Shown: one piece after another, positions 54,537 to 64,000 of the stretch
Layout of the letters: each line of letters starts with the position of its first letter
Numbering within the stretch: the stretch's first letter is position 1
From: Octopus vulgaris
Lineage: Eukaryota
NCBI GenBank assembly: GCA_951406725.2
Contig: OX597816.1
Span: 170,252,001-170,316,000 of the forward strand
Direction: 5' to 3'
Length of the DNA stretch: 64,000 nucleotides
Notes under the pieces: model-generated
The model's input: the letters and a program-made list of their open reading frames with translations, nothing else
The model's database searches: none
What the model was told of the DNA's origin: nothing
Translations under genes and position numbers: made by a program

Positions 54537-56092
54537 TGCTAATAATAATTGGATGTGGATCCGCCTCATATATGGATGTGCTAAAAGTATGCTACAAATG
54601 ATAAACAGCTGGAAACAGTTACTGCAGACCGTACAGGAATTTACCAAAAAAAATACACATGAAATTTGGCTTAGAAAGATTTGCCAAAGCAACCTTGAAA
54701 AGAGGAAAACTAGTTAAGAGTAGCAACATCACGCTAGATAAAGGAAATGATATAAGACAATTAGACGAAAGCCAGACATACAAATACTTAGGAATCAATG
54801 AATCAATGAACAATATACGGTACAAGACACACAAATGAAAGAGAAGATAAGAAAAGAATACTATAGACGAGTTAGATTAATACTGAAAACAGTTCCCAAT
54901 GCGAAAAACAAGATAATAGGTGTCAACACTCCACCCGCCCCAGTTATATGTTGTAGCTACAATATTCTTAACTTGACTTTAAATGAACTAATCAAAATAG
55001 ACAGGATAGCAAGAAAAATAATAACAAGATTTAGAAAATCTGAAAAGTTATATAGAAAGGTTATATATACAGCGTATTGAAGGTGGCAGAGGCCTTATGC
55101 AGCTAGAAAGCTATTACAAAATAACTATCATAGGACAACAGAAATACCTACATTAGAAGCAAGGAAAATTAATACAAATAGCCACTTTAAGGAAGCTGAC
55201 AAATACAAAAAAGAAATCATAGTACCTAACAATTATGAAGAAAGAAAAATTCAACAAAAGCAACTGAAATCTGACCTGCAACTGAAGCAGCAACGGATTG
55301 TGATAAAACGATGACAAGAAAAGCCCCTTCATGGCAAATATCGGGTTGAACTAAATAGAAAAGAAATAGACAAAGCAAAATCCTAACAATGGCTAGGAAG
55401 TACTGGACACAAAGTATACACTGAAGGATTCTTAATTGCAGTGCAATATCAAAGCCTTCCCACCTGAAATTACTAAAAACATATAATGAAAAAAATACAA
55501 GTAACAGCTAAATATGTGGAGATGTACAAGAAACAATAAATCCCATTGTCTCTGGCTGCCTAGCCCTGGCTAAAAAAGTAATATATTCAAAGATACGACA
55601 GAGTTGTAACCTATATACATTGGAAGCTATGCCAACCTATGGAAAAACAAGAGAAAAAAGATGAAATAGGCACACGCCAGAAAAGGTCACAGAAAATGAG
55701 AAAACAACCATACTCTGGAATATGCGAATACACACAATAGACCACATATGGTTGTCAGAGTTCACCAAGAACAAAAAGGCTTTCTAATCGATGTATCAAT
55801 ATCAACAGTTGACAATGTTTCTCTAAAAGAAACGGATAAACTTTCAAAATACAAAGATCTGGAAATAAAGGTAACTCGAATGTGGAGTTTAAAAACAGAA
55901 AGACTTCCTATGAAAGTAGATTCATTAGGTATGATAAAAACATATTCAAACAAATACATAACAAAAACACCAGGACTGACAAGACTGACATGCAGAAAAT
56001 AGCACTAGTAAGCACTGCACACATACTACGTAAAACACTACGGTCGGTAGTGAAGTGAAAGCACGCTATAAAAATGAAACTACTAAATAATA
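54531..56092 (+). pseudogene. Decayed R4/Dong-like retrotransposon (late RT, CCHC, RLE, 3' UTR)
   Basis: TYKYLGI, EGGRGL, LHGKY, TEGFLIAVQYQSL, ICG..QETINPIVSGC, RP....FLIDVSI...KLSKYKDL; same 3' UTR as 54040-54090. Confidence 0.88.
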
Positions 56093-56097
56093 ATAAT

Positions 56098-56656
56098 AAA
56101 TGCCCCGATGCAGTACCAGGCAGTGGCTCTGATAGCTTCTCATCTCAACTGATTCGAAGTGTCATCATGTACAGTGTTTTGTCTTGGTATAAAAGATGGG
56201 CTACAGCAAATATTCTGCTCAATACCACAGATTTGCTTGTCAGTTGTTTGACCATAACCAGTTGAGCATGTCCCTCAGTGGCTGACGATATGTGGATCTC
56301 TAACCACGAGCAGAAGGAGTGGGGGAGCATCATAGCCGTGTGTTGAAAGAATTCTTAGAGGTTTGAATAATTCACCTTTGGTAACATGGGTGGTTCGTTC
56401 AACATCCTTAAACAATCCTTGTTCAGGAACCTTTTGAGCGGGTGGGTTACTCGACCAGAAGAAAATTCTAACTGGGCCCCACCTGCAAGATCATGTGCTG
56501 TTTATCTTGATATGAGATCACCATGTCGCTCACACATGGTTGTGATGCATGTGCCTAGTCTACCCTTATCAGACGGGGAGTCACGATGGGTATATTGGGC
56601 TTCGTATATTTTACCCCAATGTCACTTTGATGGCATGCACTGCTCTCTGACTCAAC

Positions 56657-56660
<4 letters not shown>
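56098..56660 (+). mobile_element. ~560-bp non-coding element flanked by (AAT)n
   Basis: Homologous (inverted) to 60087-60645; both copies bounded by (AAT)n. Confidence 0.85.
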
Positions 56661-56728
<68 letters not shown>

Positions 56729-57022
56729 CCTCTGGCCGGACATACAAGCGATCATCTTTAAAAAATTTTAAAACTTGAATATCTACAACTTTCTGTGAAA
56801 ATTTTACCCTTCTTTTCTCCCTGACTACTCGACTATATAAACATACGTTTTATTGCAACAGCAAATTAAGCGCACAGTTAAAATTGAGATAAGTGTCTGC
56901 AAATAAATACAAATTGCACAATTACGAAAAAGGTAAACCACAGCAAAACCTATAAAAAGAAAAGTAAAATTCAAAAAATCCCTCCCCCAAATAAATACAA
57001 AATTCAACGATGTTTGCAACAG

Positions 57023-57128
<106 letters not shown>

Positions 57129-57335
57129 GTGAAATAGAAAGATGAATAATCTTGTAGTAGATTAATCAAAAGTTTAACCGATACCTTAGTAGCAAAAATC
57201 ACAGCAGTAAAACAGCACGGTTGGAGGTACAACCATATGGTGTTGCAACCGTGCGTTGGTGCGGATAATTGAAATTAGAACATTATTGGTGAATTGAAGA
57301 AATGGAGCTGAACGCAGATTGAACAGAAATCGTTT

Positions 57336-57429
57336 TATTTCATTCTACACGTGTTTCGAAAGGCACAAATTACCAAAATCCGATGGAATAATGGGACCAT
57401 ATTGTGTCTTTCTCTTCAGGAAGAAAATA
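57336..57429 (-). ncRNA. Type I hammerhead ribozyme candidate (mirror copy)
   Basis: Reverse complement of 59073-59166. Confidence 0.82.
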
Positions 57430-58258
57430 GGAAATCCGTTGGAAAAACAAAAACAGAACAGAGGCGGAGCAAAAACAAATCGAACTATGCTCCTAAGAGC
57501 CCATGGCGAAACTGTTTATCAGTGTATGTTGAGAACCGGTGGCTGAAGAATTCAACGGGTCAGGCATCGGTCAATCATGTGGGTGAGGGGGCGTAGATGT
57601 TCTTTGTGACCGAGAATAAAGTTCTGACTATTTAAGGAATATTGGATGTTTTATAAGGGGCGAGAAAAAATCTACTTAGAGACGTGTGTGTGTGTATACT
57701 GTTCTATATACGTGTGTGTTGGCGTAGGGGTAGAAAACATTTTTTGTGTACGTGTGTGCGTTTGATCGTTCGGCTGTCAGTGGCTACTGCCGTGATGACC
57801 GTTGGGTGGCAGAAAACAAATATATATATCATGTTTTATGTGTGTGTGCGTTCTCATCTAAGCCTGCCTTGTCAAGGAAACCCCCCCGCTGTGAAAAAAC
57901 CAAGCCCCGTTTGTCTTACAGGAGTAATTCCCCTTGCAGTGGTTAATCGTAGATATCTTAAAGGCTATTTCAGAATTTGTTACCAAGGGCTATGGGTGCC
58001 GGTATTATTTATAAACGCTATTTAAAAACCAGATAAGTGTAACGCCGCCAATGGGGGCATCGAAAAGCCGACTGTAAAAGCCCGTTTACCATCCGGCCTC
58101 TGGCAAACAAAATATGGAAGAGTTCGGAGACACAAAGGTTGCACTGCCTTCTGCCCCTATCAAATGGGAGGGCCACCGACAAAATTGACCATTCCAGCCT
58201 GTAGCTTAAATTCGTATCCTTCAGTCGCCATATTAGCTTACTGAGTCAGACCACGGGA

Positions 58259-58486
58259 CTCAGTAAGCTAATATGGCGACTGAAGGATACGAACTTAAGC
58301 TACAGGCTGGAATGGTCAATTTTGTCGGTGGCCCTCCCATTTGATAGGGGCAGAAGGCAGTGCAACCTTTGTGTCTCCGAACTCTTCCATATTTTGTTTG
58401 CCAGAGGCCGGATGGTAAACGGGCTTTTACAGTCGGCTTTTCGATGCCCCCATTGGCGGCGTTACACTTATCTGGTTTTTAAATAG
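58259..58486 (+). pseudogene. C-terminal part of PLE GIY-YIG endonuclease (mirror copy on minus at ~58018-58245)
   Basis: LSKLIWRLKDTNLSYRLEWSILSVALPFDRGRRQCNLCVSELFHIL...FRCPHW...* fits the LSKxIWxLK...WSI...CNLC..E...CxH PLE endonuclease tail; no start codon. Confidence 0.8.
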
Positions 58487-59072
58487 CGTTTATAAATAAT
58501 ACCGGCACCCATAGCCCTTGGTAACAAATTCTGAAATAGCCTTTAAGATATCTACGATTAACCACTGCAAGGGGAATTACTCCTGTAAGACAAACGGGGC
58601 TTGGTTTTTTTCACAGCGGGGTGTTTCCTTGACAAGGCAGGCTTAGATGAGAACACACACACACATAAAACAGGATATATATATTTGTTTTCTGCCACCC
58701 AACGGTCATCACGGCAGTAGCCACTGACAGCCGAACGATCAAACGCACACACGTACACAAAAAATGTTTTCTACCCCTACGCCAACACACACGTATATAG
58801 AACAGTATACACACACACACGTCTCTAAGTAGATTTTTCTCGCCCCTTATAAAACATCCAATATTCCTTAAATAGTCAGAACTTTATTCTCGGTCACAAA
58901 GAACATCTACGCCCCTCACCCACATGATTGACCGATGCCTGACCCGTTGAATTCTTCAGCCACCGGTTCTCAACATACACTGATAAACAGTTTCGCCATG
59001 GGCTCTTAGGAGCATAGTTCGATTTGTTTTTGCTCCGCCTCTGTTCTGTTTTTGTTTTTCCAACGGATTTCC

Positions 59073-59166
59073 TATTTTCTTCCTGAAGAGAAAGACACAA
59101 TATGGTCCCATTATTCCATCGGATTTTGGTAATTTGTGCCTTTCGAAACACGTGTAGAATGAAATA
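59073..59166 (+). ncRNA. Type I hammerhead ribozyme candidate
   Basis: CTGAAGA 59083-59089, stem II gaaagacacaa/ttgtgcctttc, GAAAC-ACGT-GTA 59145-59156, stem I 9/10 paired. Confidence 0.82.
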
Positions 59167-59212
59167 AAACGATTTCTGTTCAATCTGCGTTCAGCTCCAT
59201 TTCTTCAATTCA

Positions 59213-59296
<84 letters not shown>

Positions 59297-59636
59297 AATT
59301 TAAAAATAAGGATAAAATCTTTATAAGAAATTATCAGTAGTAAGCGTGAAAAACCTCGTAAGAGAAAAAATCTGCAAATTTTTTCAACTTTGAAAATACT
59401 TATTTATATTATATAGAGGGTACTATTATTCATAGGTACCGCACGCTAGGAGGTACTTTTGCAGTCAAAACTACTAAAATAAACAAATTGTACCGAATGT
59501 AAAACTTCAAAGCTAGTCATTTAAAAACAGAATTTAGTTACGTATCACCTGTGATTTCGCAATGAATGCAGAATATTGATTCGCTAGCTTCTGCAAGCAT
59601 TTTTTTTCTCTCCTTGTCTCTTTCCGTGTTTCTTAT

Positions 59637-59790
59637 CTCTTTTTACTCTTTTACTCTTTTACTTGTTTCAGTCATTTGACTGCGGCCATGCTGGAGTACC
59701 GCCTTTAGTCGAGCAACTCGACCCCGGGACTTATTCTTTGTAAGCCCAGTACTTATTCTATCGGTCTCTTTTTTGCCGAACCGCTAAGTG
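59637..59790 (-). mobile_element. SINE family A 3' half
   Basis: (tcttttac)n tail then ttgtttcagtcatttgactgcggccatgctggag. Confidence 0.85.
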
Positions 59791-59930
59791 TGTATCTTTC
59801 TGTTGAAGAGCGTAGGCTCGAAACGTAAAATACTTGTTTTATTTCTATTCCTGAGCGCCATACTAATACAATTGTTTGTTTGTATTCCACCTGCCTTCGT
59901 CTTTTGTTTATTTTCATAAAGCTTCCCGTT
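59790..59930 (+). mobile_element. PLE-terminus-like fragment with variant hammerhead motif
   Basis: ctttctgttgaagagcgtaggctcgaaacgtaaaa; ends at (TA)n. Confidence 0.55.
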
Positions 59931-59956
59931 ATATATATATATATATATATATATAC

Positions 59957-60086
<130 letters not shown>

Positions 60087-60641
60087 TGAGTGAGAGAGCA
60101 GTTCATGCCATCAAAGTGACACTGGGGTAAAATATACGAAGCCCAATATACCCATCATGACTACCCGTCTGATAAAGGTACACCAGGCACATGCATCACA
60201 ACCATATGTGCGCGACATGGTGATCTCATATCAAGATAAACAGCACATGACCTTGCAGGTGGGGCCCAGTTAGAATTTTCTTCAGGTTGAGTAGCCCATC
60301 CCGCTCAAACGGTCCCTGAATAAGGGTTGCTTAAGGATGTTGAAAGAACCACCCATGTTTCCAGAGGTGAACTATTCAAACCCCAAGGAATCCCTCTCAA
60401 CACATGGCTATGATGCTCCCCCACTACTTCTGCTCGTGATCAGAGATGCACATATCGTCAGCCACTAAGAGACATGCTCAACTGGTTAAGGTCAAACAAC
60501 TGACAAGCAAATCTGTGGTATTGAGCAGAATATTTGCTGTAGCCCATCTTTTATACCAAGACAAAACAATGTACATGATAACACTTCCAATCAGTTAAGA
60601 TCAGAAGCCATGAGAGCCACTGCCTGGTACTGCATCAGGGC

Positions 60642-60645
<4 letters not shown>
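60087..60645 (-). mobile_element. ~560-bp non-coding element flanked by (AAT)n
   Basis: Inverted homologue of 56098-56660. Confidence 0.85.
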
Positions 60646-60719
<74 letters not shown>

Positions 60720-60767
60720 TATTATTATTATCATTATTGCTATTATTATTATTATTATTATTATTAC

Positions 60768-60803
<36 letters not shown>

Positions 60804-60839
60804 CATTATTATTACTATTATTATTATTATCATTATTGC

Positions 60840-60921
<82 letters not shown>
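60645..60921. repeat. (ATT)n microsatellite
   Basis: Directly visible. Confidence 0.97.
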
Positions 60922-61199
60922 TCTATCAATAATTAAAAAACAGAACAAGGTGAATTAGTTCTTTCCAACGCCAAGGTCAGCGCTCTCATTGATCGTTAGT
61001 AGTGGTAAACACATTTGACATCTGCTGATCGCAAGGATGTGATGCTTCTTTTGTCTTCTGATCGCACCTTATTCAATTATTCACTTCCTTCTCACATCAC
61101 AATCTGCCGAACCTACTTACAGACCTGTGAAATTTAGTCTATTCACCAAGCTGCTTCCCTTTCTGCTACTGTCCCCTCTAACCTTCACATATGATTATC

Positions 61200-61440
61200 T
61201 AAAGTACAAGACAAAAGTCGAAACTAAACAACATTTAATAATACCACATAGTAGTAGGAGCAAAGATGGTATCACAAGGCGGTTACAATAGGTGAAAGTA
61301 GGAGCACTTGAAATGATCAAAAATGGAACTGAAAATTATTTGAGAACGATCACTGGATTACCATCAATGCAGTAAGGGCAAAAGATTTTCTTAACTGGTA
61401 CGTCACACGTATTGAGAAGAGCTTTGTTACTGTGAATTCC
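61200..61440 (+). pseudogene. Decayed 3' end of R4/Dong-like element
   Basis: VGALEMIKNGTENYLRTITGLPSMQ..QKIFLTGTSHVLRRAL. Confidence 0.7.
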
Positions 61441-62029
61441 CTTTCCTTTCTTTTGCCCTTTATTTTCTTTGTTTATTTTATATTTTTTATTTTTTCGTTT
61501 TTCTCCGTTTTACTTTCCCTTTTTCACTATAACATGACTTTGTATATGAACAATCTGGTGTAGGTATTTTAATAGCCTACAAATGTATACAGTGCGTTTC
61601 TCTGCCCTTGGTGTCAGGAAGACACTCGGCTAGAAAAAGAAACAGAATTGAAAGAAGATGATAATGAAAATAATGATGATGATAATTAACGAAACCCATA
61701 ACAAAACCAATCGAAAGAGAAATAACGGCGGACTGATAATCACAAATACTATAAAACAATTGATTAACGAGTTACACACACTCACTACTATACAAAACTC
61801 TCCAAAAATATACAAAAACATACCCAACAAAATGAACAAAATCCATATGTGCCATAGATGGCCGATACCATAATATGAACATAGCTTGCGCTGCACAAAC
61901 AAGACACAATATAAAAACTAACAGGTGACTCGAACCAAACCCCATAACAAAACGTACTGATACAATATCTCCCCACCAAAAAATCAAATGCAGCACACAC
62001 CACCCTTGCTGCACAAAGGTACAACAAAT

Positions 62030-63318
62030 GATGCATTAAAAAGTTGCTTGAAACTTTCAGAAAAATAGTAGTGGTAATGACGATGGTGACGAAAGTTGCC
62101 GTACCTCAGTTTATGAGAGACAGGAGTTTCCGACAGAACTCTGGTTGTAACAATTAAAATGAAGCCGGACCTTTAAGGGAAAGCCTCCCGCTCGGCAGCG
62201 GTTCAGTAAAGATGCAGACTGACCACAACAGAGAGAGCAAGAAGGAGGAAATGGTCCAGTTAAGAAAACAGGATAGTGATGCAGTTTTACTAAGAAAGCG
62301 AACCTAAAAGAAAACGGATGTAAACACTTTTGGAAGAGAAGGGTATGATTAAAGTGACTGATCAGAGATTAATTGATCAGACTAATGCTATTAGGAGACG
62401 AAGGTGGATGACAGAATTGGAGGCAGAAGAGATCACAAGCGAACTGGAAAGCAAATACAAGGTAGTGTGAACGGCAAACAACAACATAAGAGATACAGAT
62501 GAAACTAAAGAAGAGGCGAAATGAAAAAAATAGCAATAGCGCTAACAATAAGGAAAGAACAACTGGCACCAACGACTTAAGTGATTTAGGTGAGGAAGAT
62601 CAGAAGATTTTAGATGAGTTGCATGAATTAATGAGTAAAGAAGAAAGAAAAAGTCTGACAGCATTAAAAGGACCCAACAGAAGGAATGTACAGGAAAGGA
62701 CTGTGAAAGTAGATTCTGTTATCAGTAGGATAGATACTAAAAATGATACTAATCTATGCAGGAGGGGTAGTAGTCACCAGAAGATTAGATATCTCACAGG
62801 GAACGATTAGAGAAGAGCAGATGTGGAGAAGAAGACTGCAAACTTTGGGACAATGACAAAAGAGTTGAAAGAGCGTATAATAGCAGTAGCAGACAAGATC
62901 TTCAGATATCAGAAGAGGAATAAATTGGTATCAACAGAATATATTCTTTGAGACAGACCAGAAGAGACTTTATAACCAAATAAATAGTGAAGAACGAAGT
63001 ACTGCAGATGACAAACCTAATGTAGAAGAAGCTAGAAAGTTTTGGAGTAATATTTGAGATAAGCCAGTCAATCATAATGGAGATGCAGTATGGTTAAAGA
63101 AAGTGAGAGAAGAAGTAGTGAGTGAGAAGCAGCCAGATCTAAAATTAACAAGAAAAGTGTTAGGAAATATGCCGAATTGGAAGAGCCCAAGACCAGACTT
63201 AACTACTGGTCAAAACAATTTAGTAGTTTACACCGGAGGCTGAGGGAACAACTTCAGGATTGCCCTAATGGGGGAATAATACCATATTGGATGACTAGAG
63301 CGGGGACAATACTCATGC
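62030..63318 (+). pseudogene. Decayed N-terminal/pre-RT region of R4/Dong-like element
   Basis: QQNIFFETDQKRLY, EARKFWSNI, NWKSPRPD, YWSKQFSSLH...IPYWMTRAGTILMP. Confidence 0.75.
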
Positions 63319-63319
63319 C

Positions 63320-64000
63320 GATGTTTTTGCTCCTGTGGCAAGACCTGCGTTGTTGGTATTTTAGAAGGCGATGTGGTGGTAGTCGTGGTCATTGACTCTG
63401 TTGTTCATGGAGTTGTTGTCACTCGTGAAGTTGTTGTCACTCGTGTAGTTGTTGTTCTTGGTGGTGGTATTTTTGCTGGAGCCCTCTCTGCTTCCTTTAC
63501 TTGGGGTTTCTTCTTTTGTTAGGGTTGCTTTTGTTGTTGGGATTGCTTCTGTAGTTGGGTTGCTTCAGTTGTTGTGATGCAGGTGGTGCTTGTATCAAGG
63601 AGGTAGTGTCCTCCTTTTGTTTTACTTGTGGGAATAAGGCTTTGAGGGGGTTATTCTGTCCGCATTGATAACATCTTGGCCTTCTTCCCTCAACTGTGGC
63701 GTTCAGCATTGTGACATGTCGAAGACTGAGTTGATCAGGAATTTGTTCCAAAACTATATTTGGACGATTATTTGCAATTCTTGACCAGTCCACTTGTTTT
63801 TACCTTGTTTCACGACTTGGAGGATTCTGATTTTATCTTCCAGGTCGATGTGGGTGGCTGCGACAATCCATCAGGCGTTCATATCTGGTGTTATCTCCAG
63901 TATTTTTAAGTTGGCGACGTGCCGTCCCAGGTATGTTGGAACTGGAAGTTCACTGTCTTGTCAGCTGGGCTGGTGAGTGCAGTTTTGCTGTTTTCTGTAG
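63320..64000 (-). pseudogene. Fragment of non-LTR ORF1 (gag-like zinc knuckle; L1/Tx1-like)
   Basis: VEGRRPRCYQCGQNNPLKALFP is a degenerate CCHC knuckle followed by a low-complexity tail. Confidence 0.6.

Noticed and set aside
57319-59183. Paired identical ORFs on opposite strands (75, 81/85, 66 aa)
   Set aside because: Consequence of the palindrome; they lie in the PLE 3' UTR antisense frames. The meaningful frame is the start-less one at 58259-58486

Overview
AT-rich, repeat-saturated animal genomic DNA, very probably an octopus (coleoid cephalopod). This is inferred from the abundant tRNA-headed SINE families and the dense (TA)n/(CA)n/(TAGA)n/(CATA)n/(AAT)n microsatellites; no database search was run. 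No intact host protein-coding gene can be supported, and nearly all listed ORFs are microsatellite or SINE read-throughs. The window holds about 25 SINE copies of three families and decayed non-LTR retrotransposons (CR1/L2-like, RTE, R4/Dong-like, L1/Tx1-like ORF1). It also holds a decayed Penelope-like element (PLE), Tc1/mariner remnants and MITEs, and non-autonomous Helitron-like elements. The most striking pattern is at least seven fold-back (inverted-duplication) insertions from different sequence families and of different ages, usually sitting in (TA)n tracts. Most have one arm extended by a unique tail, and all carry a whole or partial type-I hammerhead-ribozyme-like motif. The youngest is a ~1.93 kb near-perfect palindrome (57288-59214) encoding the C-terminus of a PLE GIY-YIG endonuclease. 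All coordinates were read by eye and may be off by a few bases, more so for decayed repeats.
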